From positions 6,272-70,271 of the forward strand of contig DATLQD010000133.1 in assembly GCA_035535315.1 (NCBI GenBank): a stretch of DNA of 64,000 nt, in the 5' to 3' direction. A program made the position numbers and the translations under genes. This DNA is from Gaiellaceae bacterium. Lineage in GTDB: Bacteria; Actinomycetota; Thermoleophilia; Gaiellales; Gaiellaceae. Position 1 is the stretch's first letter. Each line of letters begins with the position of its first letter. Positions 28,339 through 38,338 of this stretch are shown here, piece after piece. Under the pieces are notes generated by a model. That model was not told the origin of the DNA, did not search any database, and worked only from the letters and a program-made list of their open reading frames with translations.

Positions 28339-29833
28339 GCCGCTCTACACGGCCGCCGAGATGCGAGCCGCCGAGGAGGCCTTCGAGGGCACCACGCTCG
28401 AGTTGATGGAGCGGGCGGGAGCTGCCGCCGCTGCGGCGGCGCTACGGCGGTTCGCCGACGCGGAGCGCTTTACCGTCTGGTGCGGGACCGGTGCGAACGG
28501 AGGGGACGGCTTCGTGGTCACCCGGATCCTCCACGAGGCCGGGCGCTCGGTCGAGGTTGTTCTTGCGGGGGCCGAGGAGAAGGTGAAGGGAGATGCAGCG
28601 GAGAACCTGGCGCGCGTCAAGGCGCTCGGGATCAGGTTCGCCGAGACAGGGAGGAGCGCCGACGTGGTCGTCGACGCGCTCTTCGGGACGGGCTTTCGCG
28701 GCGCCCCACGGGCGGACTCGGCGCGCCACATCGAAGAGATCAACTCTCTCGGGGCGCCGGTTCTCTCGCTGGACGTTCCGTCGGGCATCGACGCCTCGAC
28801 CGGGGAGGTGGCCGGCCCCGCGGTGGAGGCTGAGGTCACGGTCACGTTCCACGGGCTGAAAGTAGGCCTTGCGGTCGCGCCTGGGCGATTCCGCGCCGGA
28901 GAGGTCGAGGTGGCGGACATCGGTCTCGCCGCTGGCGCAACCCGACACCAGCGGGTCACGGAGGAGATCCTGGCGGCCGTTCCCCGCCGGAAGCAGACGG
29001 ACAACAAGTACACCGCCGGCTCGGTCCTCGTCGTCGGCGGCTCGACCGGCTTCACGGGGGCGCCCTCCCTCACCGCCGAGGCCACCCTGCGGGCGGGAGC
29101 CGGGATCGTCACCGTCTGCGTGCCCGCGCCCAGCAACCTGGTATTCGAGGTCCGGCTCCTGGAGGCGATGTCGCGCCCCTGTCCCGCCGACAGCGAAGGC
29201 CGGATGACCGCGGAGGCTGCGGACACGATCATCGAAGCGGCCAGGCGTGCCGGTGCGGTTGCGATCGGTCCCGGCCTGGGGCGGAGCGATGGTACTCGCG
29301 AGCTCGTCCGGATCCTCCTCGACCGGCTCGAGGTGCCCGTCGTGCTCGACGCAGACGGGCTCTGGGCGCTGGCCGGGCACCTCGACTGGGTTTTTTCGCG
29401 CGACGCGGGAACGGTGCTGACGCCCCACGCGGGCGAGCTGGGTCGCCTCCTAGGCCGGACCTCGGACTGGGTTTCCGCACACCGCCTGGACGCCGTCCAA
29501 GGTGGCGCGGACGACGTCGGCGCGACCGTGCTCCTGAAGGGCGCCGATACCCTCGTTGCCGCGCCGGGCCGGGGCGTCCTCGTCTGCGACCTCGGGAACC
29601 CGGGCTTGGCGACGGCAGGGAGCGGCGACGTCCTCACCGGCATCGTGGCCGCCTTCCTGGCCAAGGGGATGAAGCCGACGGAGGCGGCGGCGGCCGCCGC
29701 CGCCGCAGGAGGCGTCGCCGCCGGCCTGGCCGCGCAGAGCCACGGAACCACCGGCATGCTCGCCCGCGACGTCGTGGAGGCGCTTTCGCCGGCGCTCTCG
29801 TCCTCGGTTGAACCGAACCTGTCCGCCGACTAG
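28328..29833 (+). CDS. nnr: Bifunctional NAD(P)H-hydrate repair enzyme Nnr (epimerase + ADP-dependent dehydratase)
   Basis: N-terminal YjeF domain (GTGANGGDGFV), C-terminal carbohydrate-kinase domain (VLVVGGSTGFTGAP ... GSGDVLTGI). Confidence 0.9.
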   Translation: MWTEPLYTAAEMRAAEEAFEGTTLELMERAGAAAAAAALRRFADAERFTVWCGTGANGGDGFVVTRILHEAGRSVEVVLAGAEEKVKGDAAENLARVKALGIRFAETGRSADVVVDALFGTGFRGAPRADSARHIEEINSLGAPVLSLDVPSGIDASTGEVAGPAVEAEVTVTFHGLKVGLAVAPGRFRAGEVEVADIGLAAGATRHQRVTEEILAAVPRRKQTDNKYTAGSVLVVGGSTGFTGAPSLTAEATLRAGAGIVTVCVPAPSNLVFEVRLLEAMSRPCPADSEGRMTAEAADTIIEAARRAGAVAIGPGLGRSDGTRELVRILLDRLEVPVVLDADGLWALAGHLDWVFSRDAGTVLTPHAGELGRLLGRTSDWVSAHRLDAVQGGADDVGATVLLKGADTLVAAPGRGVLVCDLGNPGLATAGSGDVLTGIVAAFLAKGMKPTEAAAAAAAAGGVAAGLAAQSHGTTGMLARDVVEALSPALSSSVEPNLSAD

Positions 29834-29834
29834 T

Positions 29835-30743
29835 TTGACGCTCGTGCTCCCTCGGGCACTCGTCCTCGCAGTCGTAGTTGCGCTCGTGGCAGCCGGTGCA
29901 GCTTCGGCCGCCTTTCCCGGCCGGAACGGGAAGATCGCGTTCAGTCGCAGCACAGATGTCGCACTCCACTACGACGTCTTCACGATGCGCTCCGACGGAA
30001 CGGTCAAGAGGAACATCACGTCGAGTGCAACGGACGAATTCGACCCCGCCTGGTCGGCTGACGGAAAACGGTTTGCATACGTGCGCGGGGCAGGCGGGAA
30101 CTTCGACGTCTTCACGATGGAGGCCGACGGCAGCAACCGAATCCGGGTCGCCGGTGGCCAGGGCGTTCAGTGGGAGCCCGCGTGGGCCCCGGACGGCACG
30201 AAGCTCGTCTTCTCGAGCGATGCTGACGGCGATTTCGAGATCTGCGTCGTCGACCTGGCCACCGGCGTGATCACGCAGCTGACCTCGAACGCCGTCTCCG
30301 ATGGCCAGCCGGTCTGGTCGAAGCAGGGCCGGATAGCGTTTGCAAGCGACTCGGACGGCGACCTCGAGCTCTACACCATGAAGCCCGACGGGAGCGATCT
30401 TCGCCAGGTCACTCACAACCTCGTTCCGGATGCGGCGCCCAACTGGGCGCCGGGCGGCGTGCGGCTCGCGTTCGTCCGCGGAGTGGGCGCGAAGAGCGAG
30501 ATCTACGTCATCAGAGCGGATGGCATGCGAGCGGCGCGTCGCCTGACGAGGAACCAGAAGACGGATTCCGCCCCGGCCTGGTCGCCGAACGGGAGGAAGC
30601 TCGCTTTCCAGCGCCAGTGGGACGAAACGGATCTGAGTGGCCGAATCTGGACGATGCTGAGGGATGGGACAATCCAGCGCGTTCGGACGCCTCGCTCCTC
30701 TGACGCGAAGCAGCCCGACTGGCAGCCACTCCCGCTTCTGTAG
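29835..30743 (+). CDS. Secreted PD40/WD40-like beta-propeller repeat protein (TolB-like)
   Basis: Signal peptide LTLVLPRALVLAVVVALVAAGAASA, then about 6-7 repeats of the type G.IAF.S.....D..V...DG......T. TTG 29835 lies just after the nnr stop. Confidence 0.75.
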   Translation: MTLVLPRALVLAVVVALVAAGAASAAFPGRNGKIAFSRSTDVALHYDVFTMRSDGTVKRNITSSATDEFDPAWSADGKRFAYVRGAGGNFDVFTMEADGSNRIRVAGGQGVQWEPAWAPDGTKLVFSSDADGDFEICVVDLATGVITQLTSNAVSDGQPVWSKQGRIAFASDSDGDLELYTMKPDGSDLRQVTHNLVPDAAPNWAPGGVRLAFVRGVGAKSEIYVIRADGMRAARRLTRNQKTDSAPAWSPNGRKLAFQRQWDETDLSGRIWTMLRDGTIQRVRTPRSSDAKQPDWQPLPLL

Positions 30744-30778
30744 GAACGCGCCCGGCCTCGCCACTATCGTTCGGCGCG

Positions 30779-31807
30779 ATGCGCCGGTCGGAGATCACCA
30801 TCGACCTCGCGGCGCTGCGGCGGAACGTCCGGCGGCTCCGCGAAGCGGCCGGGGAAGCTGAGCTCTGGGCCGTGGTCAAGGCAGATGCATACGGGCACGG
30901 GGCTGAGGATGTGGCCGCAGCGGCGCTCGACGCCGGTGCGGCCGCTCTTTGCGTTGCGACCGTGAGCGAGGGCGAGGCTCTACGCCGGCTAGACCCCGAG
31001 GTGCGGATCCTCGTCATGGGGCCCCTCGAAGTTGGGGAGGAGGACGCGGCCCGGCGAAGCCGTCTGGAGGTGACCGCGCATCGCCGCGACATTCCTCGTG
31101 GGCTTCCGGTGCATCTCAAGGTGGACACGGGCATGGGCCGCTGGGGCATGTCGCCCGAGGAGGCGCTGAAAGCTCGCCGAGAGGGTGTCGTCGGCCTCAT
31201 GAGCCACCTTGCGACCGCGGATGAGGAAGACGAGGGCTTCGCTCGCGAGCAACTCGAGCGCTTTCGCGAGCTGGCGGAGCAGTTCGACGGAGTCGTGCGT
31301 CACGTCGCAAATAGCGCCGCGACGCTGCGCTTCCCGGAGGCGCGCTACGACGCCGTTCGCTGCGGTGTGGCGCTCTACGGCCTCTCGCCCTTCGGCGACG
31401 ACCCTGCGACTCACGGCCTCGAGCCCGTGCTCTCCTGGCGGAGCCAGGTGGCTCTCACGAAGACCCTGGCGCCGGGGGAGAGCACGGGCTATGGGCGTCG
31501 ATTCGTCGCCGAGCGAGCGGCTCGGATCGGGCTCGTTCCGGTGGGCTACGGAGACGGCTTTCGGCGCGGGCTGACCGGGACCGAAGTTCTCGTGGGCGGC
31601 TCGCGCCGCCGGATCGTCGGGACGATCTCGATGGACGCCCTGGCAGTCGAGCTGGGCGACGAGCCGGAAGGGACGGAGGTGACGTTGATCGGGAACGGCG
31701 TCCTTGTCGAAGAGCATGCCAGGCGGCTAGGGACGATCAACTACGAGGTCACCTGCGGCATCCGCTCGGCGCCCGAGCGGGCGAAGAGGCAGATCGTCGA
31801 TGGATGA
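30779..31807 (+). CDS. alr: Alanine racemase
   Basis: AVVKADAYGHG (PLP-Lys motif), HLKVDTGMGRWG, and the C-terminal YE..C pattern. Confidence 0.9.
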   Translation: MRRSEITIDLAALRRNVRRLREAAGEAELWAVVKADAYGHGAEDVAAAALDAGAAALCVATVSEGEALRRLDPEVRILVMGPLEVGEEDAARRSRLEVTAHRRDIPRGLPVHLKVDTGMGRWGMSPEEALKARREGVVGLMSHLATADEEDEGFAREQLERFRELAEQFDGVVRHVANSAATLRFPEARYDAVRCGVALYGLSPFGDDPATHGLEPVLSWRSQVALTKTLAPGESTGYGRRFVAERAARIGLVPVGYGDGFRRGLTGTEVLVGGSRRRIVGTISMDALAVELGDEPEGTEVTLIGNGVLVEEHARRLGTINYEVTCGIRSAPERAKRQIVDG

Positions 31808-32825
31808 GCGGCTCCGCCAGGCGGTCGGAGGTGAGGAGGCCTACGTCGTCGGTGGCGCCGTGCGGGACGAGCTGCTCGAGCGGCCGGTCATCGACCTCGA
31901 CATCGCATGCCCGGCGCCGGCGGAAGCCGCGCGCTCGTATGCGGGCCTCGCCGGAGGCGCCGTGTTCCCCCTCTCCGACCGTCACGGCGCCTGGCGGGTG
32001 GCCTTTCGGGACGGCCGGACAGTCGACTTCACGCCGCTCCCGGACGGGATCGAGGCAGATCTCGGCACGCGCGATTTCACGATCAACGCGATCGCGATCC
32101 CCCTCGCCGGAGGAGAGCCGGTCGATCCCTTCGGCGGCCGCGACGACCTCGAGGCCGGGGTTCTCCGGGCGGTTTCGCCACAGATCTTCGCGGACGACCC
32201 GATTCGCCTCCTGCGCGCCGCCAGACTCGAAGACGAGCTCGGAGCGCGCCTCGATGAGGAGACTGAGCGTCTGGCGCGCGCTCATACGGAGCTCGTAACG
32301 AGCCCTGCCGGGGAGCGCATCCTGGGCGAGCTCATCCGTCTCTCGCTTCCAGGCTTCAGGCGGCTGGACGGTTTGGGTCTCCTCGCGCCGCTCGGAGGCT
32401 CGCTGGAAAAGCTCGATCGGGCCGAGGGCGTCGAAACCCCCGGGTTTTCTCTCATCTGTGTCTTCGGCCCTGCCCTCGACGGCTATCCCGTCTCCAACCG
32501 CCTCCGGCGCCAGGCCCGCACCGTGCTCCGGGCCGAGCGTCCGCCGGACGCATCGGCTCGCTCGCTCCACCGCTTCCGACGGGCGACGGAGCCCTGGAGC
32601 CGTGAGGCACTTGCATACCTGGGTGCGAACGACCTGTTGGCCGCGCTCGAAGAGTCGCGCGCCTCGGATCCCCCGGAGCCCCTTCTTCGGGGGGACGAGC
32701 TCGGGTTGGCGCCCGGCCCCGAGATCGGCCGGCTGCTCGAGCTGATCGCCGAGGAGCGCGCCGCCGGAACGATCTCGACGCGCGAGGACGCACTCGACCT
32801 CGTCCATCGAGATCGCAGCACGTGA
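31800..32825 (+). CDS. CCA-adding enzyme / poly(A) polymerase-family tRNA nucleotidyltransferase (short form)
   Basis: VVGGAVRDELL..PVIDLDIA head-domain motif, TINAIA, ADDPIRLLRAARL. Confidence 0.75.
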   Translation: MDERLRQAVGGEEAYVVGGAVRDELLERPVIDLDIACPAPAEAARSYAGLAGGAVFPLSDRHGAWRVAFRDGRTVDFTPLPDGIEADLGTRDFTINAIAIPLAGGEPVDPFGGRDDLEAGVLRAVSPQIFADDPIRLLRAARLEDELGARLDEETERLARAHTELVTSPAGERILGELIRLSLPGFRRLDGLGLLAPLGGSLEKLDRAEGVETPGFSLICVFGPALDGYPVSNRLRRQARTVLRAERPPDASARSLHRFRRATEPWSREALAYLGANDLLAALEESRASDPPEPLLRGDELGLAPGPEIGRLLELIAEERAAGTISTREDALDLVHRDRST

Positions 32826-33592
32826 GCGGCGACGATCCACTCCGGCGCCGGTTTGCGGCGAGCGCCCCACTCATGGCCGAGCAGACCGCCAGCAATGCGG
32901 CCGAGCTCGGCGATCGCGTCGCGCGGTTCGCCGGCCTGGCCGGCACTGAGCGTGTCCTGGACGCCGGCACCGGAACCGGCACGCTGGCGGTCGGGATCGC
33001 ACCGCATGCGCACGAGATCGTCGGGGTCGATCTTGTACCGGAGCTCCTCTCGGCGGCGCGACGGCTCGCGAGTGGCCAGGGGAACGTCTCCTTCGTCCAG
33101 GCCGACGTCCTCGCGTTGCCGTTCGAGCCGGAGACCTTCGACCTTGCGGCCAGCTCTCGGACGCTCCACCACGTCGCTCGGCCCGAGCTTCTGGTCTCGG
33201 AGCTCGCTCGCGTCACACGGCCGGCCGGTCGGGTCCTCCTGATCGACCAGCTGGCCTCGCCCGACCCCCTCGAGGGCATGGCGCACGACCGGATCGAGCG
33301 TCTCCGGGATCCCTCGCACACGCGGACGCTCTCGGATCAAGACGTCCGTGGCCTGCTCGAGGCGAACTCCCTCGTTCTCAGCCGGTTCGAGACCTTTCGG
33401 GAGGAGCGTGACCTGGACCGCTTCCTTGACCTCGGCGCCTGCCACGGCGCCCCTCGGAAGGCGGTTTTCCAGGAGGTCGAGCGCCTGGTCGAGCAGGGAG
33501 ACCGGGCAGGCATCGACCTGCGCCGCACGGCGGAGGGCTACGGGCTGACGGTCACCGTGGGCTTCTACCTGGCGGCGAAGCCCACCCGCTGA
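32822..33592 (+). CDS. Class I SAM-dependent methyltransferase
   Basis: VLDAGTGTGTLA (motif I) and a Methyltransf_11-like core. GTGA overlap upstream. Confidence 0.8.
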   Translation: MSGDDPLRRRFAASAPLMAEQTASNAAELGDRVARFAGLAGTERVLDAGTGTGTLAVGIAPHAHEIVGVDLVPELLSAARRLASGQGNVSFVQADVLALPFEPETFDLAASSRTLHHVARPELLVSELARVTRPAGRVLLIDQLASPDPLEGMAHDRIERLRDPSHTRTLSDQDVRGLLEANSLVLSRFETFREERDLDRFLDLGACHGAPRKAVFQEVERLVEQGDRAGIDLRRTAEGYGLTVTVGFYLAAKPTR

Positions 33593-34719
33593 TGCCCTTA
33601 CTGTACGACGCCGTCGGGTTCGGGATGTGGGCGTACTCGCGCTCGGCGTTCCGGGTTCGAACGCTCGGGCGGGAGCGCCTCAATCTAGAGCCGGGCACCT
33701 TGATCGTCTGTACGCATCGCCGCGAGACGGACGTGCCGCTCGTCTGCGCCTCGATCTACTTTGGGCCGGGCGGGCTTCTGGCAGACCGCTCACGGCGGAT
33801 GAGCTTTGCCGCACGGGAGGACCTGTTCGCGCAGGGATTCTTCGCGGGGTTTCCATCCGGGCTCCCGCTCTGGCTCCGGCGTCTTCTCTTCCCGGTCGGA
33901 ATCGACCCTTACTTGCGGGGCCTGACGCTCTTTCCAATTCGGAGTGCGACGGTGGTTCGGCTCGAGGAGGTCTTCCGCCGGCTGCCCGAGCTTGAGCTCG
34001 CGGACGCGTTGCCGCCCGAAGACCTCGAAGCCCTGCGAAATCGTGCTCGCGAAGTGGGCCTGCCGGAGCCGCGACTCGCGAGCGAGGCCCTTCGAGGCGA
34101 GTACGCCGACCTCCTGTGGAGGTCGCACACCCGGGCCCAGCTCGACGCTCCGGCTCTCGAGCCGGTCTGGTCGCGGCGGGCCTCGGACGCCGTGCGGGAC
34201 TTCCGCGAGCTCGTTGACGTCGTCTCGCGGGGGGCAGTCCTCCTGATCTTCCCCGAGGGGCGCCCTTCGCCCGACGGCGAGATCGGCCCGCTTCAGCGCG
34301 GGCTCGCGTCCCTCGTCCGGCGGGCAAGGCCGAAGGCCCTGCAACCGGTCGGCCTTGCCTACGATCCGCTCGTTCCCGGCCGGACGCGCGCACTCGTCTC
34401 CTTCGGCGAGCCGCTCGGGCCGCCCGCAGAGGAGCTCGAGGAAGCCGTGCTCTCGGCTCTCCGCCTTGCGATGCCGCTCACCTGCGGCCCCGTGGTCGCC
34501 GCGTGGATCCGCTCGGGACGGCACGGATCGGCCGGTGCTGCGCTCGAGGCGGCGTTCGAGCGCGCGGTCGCCGAGGGTAGGAACGTCGATCCGGAGCTGC
34601 TCGATGCGGAAACGCGCAGCCGGAGGCTCCGCCTCGCGCTCGGGTACGCGGACACCTTGTCCGACGACGACCCGGCACTCGCCTTCCTCGCGAGGGAGCT
34701 CGAGAGCGCCCGCTCCTAA
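33592..34719 (+). CDS. Lysophospholipid (1-acyl-sn-glycerol-3-phosphate-type) acyltransferase with a C-terminal extension
   Basis: HX4D motif VCTHRRETD and the FPEGRPS block. 1-nt TGATG junction with the methyltransferase gene. Confidence 0.7.
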   Translation: MPLLYDAVGFGMWAYSRSAFRVRTLGRERLNLEPGTLIVCTHRRETDVPLVCASIYFGPGGLLADRSRRMSFAAREDLFAQGFFAGFPSGLPLWLRRLLFPVGIDPYLRGLTLFPIRSATVVRLEEVFRRLPELELADALPPEDLEALRNRAREVGLPEPRLASEALRGEYADLLWRSHTRAQLDAPALEPVWSRRASDAVRDFRELVDVVSRGAVLLIFPEGRPSPDGEIGPLQRGLASLVRRARPKALQPVGLAYDPLVPGRTRALVSFGEPLGPPAEELEEAVLSALRLAMPLTCGPVVAAWIRSGRHGSAGAALEAAFERAVAEGRNVDPELLDAETRSRRLRLALGYADTLSDDDPALAFLARELESARS

Positions 34720-35702
34720 GCAGCCTCGGCGCCGCGTCCGCGGAAGAGGCGCGGAAGGGCGGGGCGAACGAGCAGCGCGCCGAGCACCGTGACGGGAAGA
34801 ACGGTGAGCGCGTGCATGGTCAGGACGTAAGCGGTCGCGGTGTTCTCCGGCACGTCGATGCCCCGCGCCGCCACTAGCGTCAGGTAGTCGAAGCTGCCGA
34901 TTCCCGCCGCAGTTGCGGGCACCGCCAGCGCCAGGTTTCCGATCCCCTCGAGGAGAAAATAACCGCCCGTCTCGAGTTCGAGATGAAAGGCGTGTCCGAC
35001 GATCGCATACATCGCGACGTCCGCCAGCCACATCGCCACCGAGGCGCCGAACACGGCAAGCACGCGTCGCGGGTGCGTAAAGCTCCCGAGACCCTCGACG
35101 AAGTTCGATGCCGATCGCGCTACGCGCGTGTGCCACCTAGGGGGCAGACGCTTGGTTGCTCGCCAGACCACGCGTTCGGCCCGGTTCGGGTCCCGTGCGG
35201 CGAGTGCGACGAGCACGACGCCAAGCGCCGTTCCGGCCGAGAGGGCGATCCCCGTAAGTAGCAATGCCCCTCCCTGGCCGAGGAGAATGGCCCCGAAGAC
35301 GATCCAGGCTGCGAGCACGACGCCGTCGAGGAGACGCTCGGCGAACAGCGTTCCCGCGGTCACGAACGCCGGAATGCGCGCCAGCTCGCGCATCGACTCG
35401 ATTCGGATCAGGTCGCCGCCCCGTGCCGGCAGGATGTTGTTGGCGCCGCGCCCCACGGACACGGAGGAGAAGAGCGCGCGCAGAGAAACGCGGTAACCGG
35501 CGCCGTCCAGAAGGATGCGCCAGCGCAAGGCCATGAAGACGACGTTCACGAGGACGAGCCCGAGCGCTCCGAGGATCGTCAGGCCGGGAAGCTCGCGGAT
35601 CTGGCGCCACGCCTGCCCCAGATCCACCTCGCGGAGGAAAAGAAAGAGGAAGGCCGCGGTCGCGGCAGATCCGACCACGAGACGTATGAGCTTTCGCTTC
35701 AC
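34716..35702 (-). CDS. Flippase-like membrane protein (UPF0104 / lysyl-phosphatidylglycerol-synthase TM-region family)
   Basis: GTG 35702..35700 gives VKRKLIRLVVGSAATAAFLFLFL...ALRWRILL...ANNILPARGGDLIR, characteristic of the family. The upstream 227 codons of ORF 34716..36383 are junk. Confidence 0.75.
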   Translation of the reverse strand: MKRKLIRLVVGSAATAAFLFLFLREVDLGQAWRQIRELPGLTILGALGLVLVNVVFMALRWRILLDGAGYRVSLRALFSSVSVGRGANNILPARGGDLIRIESMRELARIPAFVTAGTLFAERLLDGVVLAAWIVFGAILLGQGGALLLTGIALSAGTALGVVLVALAARDPNRAERVVWRATKRLPPRWHTRVARSASNFVEGLGSFTHPRRVLAVFGASVAMWLADVAMYAIVGHAFHLELETGGYFLLEGIGNLALAVPATAAGIGSFDYLTLVAARGIDVPENTATAYVLTMHALTVLPVTVLGALLVRPALPRLFRGRGAEAA

Positions 35703-35753
35703 GACTTCAAGGTATCGCCTGCGTCGCCGGATAGGTGGGAGAATCCGGCGTCC

Positions 35754-36452
35754 ATGGGCGGACGGGACAGTCGGGCTCGCAGCTTCTCCGGTCGGCGCGA
35801 GGCCACGATCGGACTGGGCATGTACGCCATCTACCTGCTCGTACGGGCCGCGGTCGTGAACGACAGCGGCCGGGCGCAGGCCCGCCGAAACGCAGAACGG
35901 ATCGTGGCGGCCGAGCGAAGCCTTCGGATTCATGTCGAGCCAAAGCTCCAGCAGGTGCTGCTGCCGCGGACGCGCCTGATCGCAGTCCTGAACGTGACCT
36001 ATGCAGTCGCGAACGTTGGGCTCAGCGTCGGGTGGCTCGCGCGGCTCTTCTTCCGACGCCGTCCCGAGTTCCATCGCCTGCGGCGCGCGGCCGTCTTGAC
36101 GACTCTCGGTGCTCAGCCGGTCTTTCTGCTCTTCCCAACCGCCCCTCCGCGGACGCTCGACCATTTCGTCGACACGATCGCAGAGGTGAGCGGCTTCGAC
36201 CTCGACTCCGGCCTGATCGCGAAGCTCTACGACCCCATTGCCGCCATGCCATCGATCCACGTGGCTTACGCCGTGGTCACTGCGACCGGGATCGTCGAGA
36301 CGAGTCGCAGCCCTCTCGCGCGGCGCCTCGCGCCCGCCTATCCGCCGCTTGTGGCGCTCACGGTGCTCGCGACCGCGAACCACTACGTCCTGGATGCAGT
36401 TGCGGGCGCGGCGCTCGGGTTCACGGGCCTGCGGCTCGCTCGCGAGCTCTAG
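35754..36452 (+). CDS. PAP2-superfamily membrane protein (PAP2_3 / inositol-phosphorylceramide-synthase-like)
   Basis: Multi-TM, with AAMPSIHVAY and ATANHYVLDAVAGA (SxH ... HxxxD-type PAP2 motifs). Confidence 0.7.
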   Translation: MGGRDSRARSFSGRREATIGLGMYAIYLLVRAAVVNDSGRAQARRNAERIVAAERSLRIHVEPKLQQVLLPRTRLIAVLNVTYAVANVGLSVGWLARLFFRRRPEFHRLRRAAVLTTLGAQPVFLLFPTAPPRTLDHFVDTIAEVSGFDLDSGLIAKLYDPIAAMPSIHVAYAVVTATGIVETSRSPLARRLAPAYPPLVALTVLATANHYVLDAVAGAALGFTGLRLAREL

Positions 36453-37531
36453 GCGACGTTTTCGATTGCGGCCGAGTCTTCCTCCTCGAGCAGATCGAGA
36501 ACGGCCTCCTCGATCGCGCCCTGTGTCGAGGGCTCCCCGAACCGGCTCTCGTCGCCCAGGCGATCGAGGGCGCCGCCGATCGTGACCCCGTCCTCGAACC
36601 GGTCGAAAACGCGAGGGTCGATGTACGAGGCCCGGCAGACCGCGGGCGTGTTGCCGAGGTAGTGCGAGACCTCCTTGATTGCTCTCGTGACCGCGCGCTT
36701 GCGGGCCGTCGGCGTGCCGGCGGCCCGGCCGGAAACGGCGAGCCCGACGGCGGCGAGCACAGTGGCGCTCCAGGTCCGGAAGTCCTTGGCGGAGAAGTCC
36801 GCCCCCGTGACCTCCTTGATATAGGAGTTGATGTCCGCGGAGCGGACGTCGACCCAGCGGCCGTTCGGCTTGTAGGCGAGGAGCTCACGTCCGCTCCGCC
36901 TGCGCTTCAGCTCGCTGATGACTTCGCAGACGTCCGGGTCGACGAGCGACTGGACCTGCTGCTTCCCGCCTTTGGCTTCATAGTCGAATGTGATCAGCCC
37001 ACCTTCGCCGACAGTCACATGGCGCTTCTGCATCGTCGCAAGGCCGTAGGTCTGATTCTGCTCGGCGTAGTCCTCGCCGCCGATCCTGAAGAAGCCCCGA
37101 TCGAGGAGCCGGACGGCACAGGCGAGCACGCGCTCACGCGGCATCCCGCGGAGCTTGACGTGCTTCGCCGCGACTGTGCGCACGTGCGGGAGCGCCCGGG
37201 CGAATGCGAGCATCTCGTCGAACTTCTCCTGGTCTCGCCGCTGGCGCCACTTGTCGTGGTAGCGGTATTGCCTCCGGCCGGCGACGTCCGTACCGATCGC
37301 CTGGATGTGGCCGGTCGGGTAGGGACAGATCCAGACGTCAGCCCACGCGGGAGGAATCACGAGCTCGCGGATCCGCCGGAGCACCTCCGGGTCCTCGACG
37401 CGCCCGCCGAACTCGTCGAGGTACTCAAAGCCGCGGCCACGCCGGCGCCGGGTGATACCCGGGCCGGAGCAATTGGCTCGTCGCAGTCTCGACATCGGCA
37501 GCGAAATGTTCCCCGCTATCGCGTGCCTCAA
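36449..37531 (-). CDS. DNA topoisomerase IB (poxvirus-like bacterial type)
   Basis: GPGITRRRRGRGFEYLDEFG, IRELVIPPAWADVWICP, GRRQYRYHDKW, and the catalytic-Tyr context CRASYIDPRVF near the C-terminus. Start is TTG 37531 or ATG 37495. Confidence 0.85.
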   Translation of the reverse strand: MRHAIAGNISLPMSRLRRANCSGPGITRRRRGRGFEYLDEFGGRVEDPEVLRRIRELVIPPAWADVWICPYPTGHIQAIGTDVAGRRQYRYHDKWRQRRDQEKFDEMLAFARALPHVRTVAAKHVKLRGMPRERVLACAVRLLDRGFFRIGGEDYAEQNQTYGLATMQKRHVTVGEGGLITFDYEAKGGKQQVQSLVDPDVCEVISELKRRRSGRELLAYKPNGRWVDVRSADINSYIKEVTGADFSAKDFRTWSATVLAAVGLAVSGRAAGTPTARKRAVTRAIKEVSHYLGNTPAVCRASYIDPRVFDRFEDGVTIGGALDRLGDESRFGEPSTQGAIEEAVLDLLEEEDSAAIENVA

Positions 37532-37537
37532 CCCAGC

Positions 37538-38302
37538 TCATCGCTCCCGGGACCGCTTGCCCCACCGGCCGGGCCCCCGGCGGATGCCGAGCTTGGTGAC
37601 GAGCCCGGGGACGAGCCCCTCCGCGGCGGCCGCGAACCGCAAGAATCCCGGCACGAAGATCTCTACGCGACCCCGATCCAGGGCCTCGAGGGTCGCGTCG
37701 GCCACCCGCTCGGGAGAGATCACGAGCCGGCGAGAGAGCCGTCCGGCGAGCAGCCGACCCTGCGGGAACCCCTCGGTCTCGACCGGGCCGGGATTCACGC
37801 TCAGCACGCGAATCCCGTGGGGGGCGAGTTCGGCGGCGACATTCCGTGAGAACGCGAGCTGCGCGTGCTTGGCGGCCGTATACGGCCCGTACGAGCCGAC
37901 CGGAATCGCCCCAGCGATTGAGGCGACATTCACGACCGCGGCCGGGCGACCCCGCTCGAGGAGCGGTAGGAACGCCCTCACGCACCAGACACCCGCCAGG
38001 TAGTTCGTCTGGGTCACAGCTTCGATCCGCACGGCGTCGAGCTCCAGGAAGGTGCCTCCGGCGGGAATCCCGGCGCTGTTGACCAGGAGCCGGATTGCCT
38101 CGTGTCGCTCGCCGACCCGCCCGGCGAGCTCGTCGACCTGCGTCCGATCCGTGACGTCGCACGTCTCGAACTCGCCCTCGATCTCTGCCGCAACGGCCTC
38201 TAGCCGCTTCCGCCTCCGAGCGACGAGAATGCAGCGCCATCCCCGATCGGCCAGGCGCCGCCCGAGGGCGGCGCCGATACCGCTCGATCCACCCGTGATC
38301 AC
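37538..38302 (-). CDS. SDR-family oxidoreductase
   Basis: ITGGSSGIGAA (TGxxxGIG), NSAG, YTAAKHA (YxxxK). Confidence 0.85.
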   Translation of the reverse strand: MITGGSSGIGAALGRRLADRGWRCILVARRRKRLEAVAAEIEGEFETCDVTDRTQVDELAGRVGERHEAIRLLVNSAGIPAGGTFLELDAVRIEAVTQTNYLAGVWCVRAFLPLLERGRPAAVVNVASIAGAIPVGSYGPYTAAKHAQLAFSRNVAAELAPHGIRVLSVNPGPVETEGFPQGRLLAGRLSRRLVISPERVADATLEALDRGRVEIFVPGFLRFAAAAEGLVPGLVTKLGIRRGPGRWGKRSRER

Positions 38303-38338
38303 CGCGACCGGAATGCGCGAAGCGTAGACTGCGGCGCC

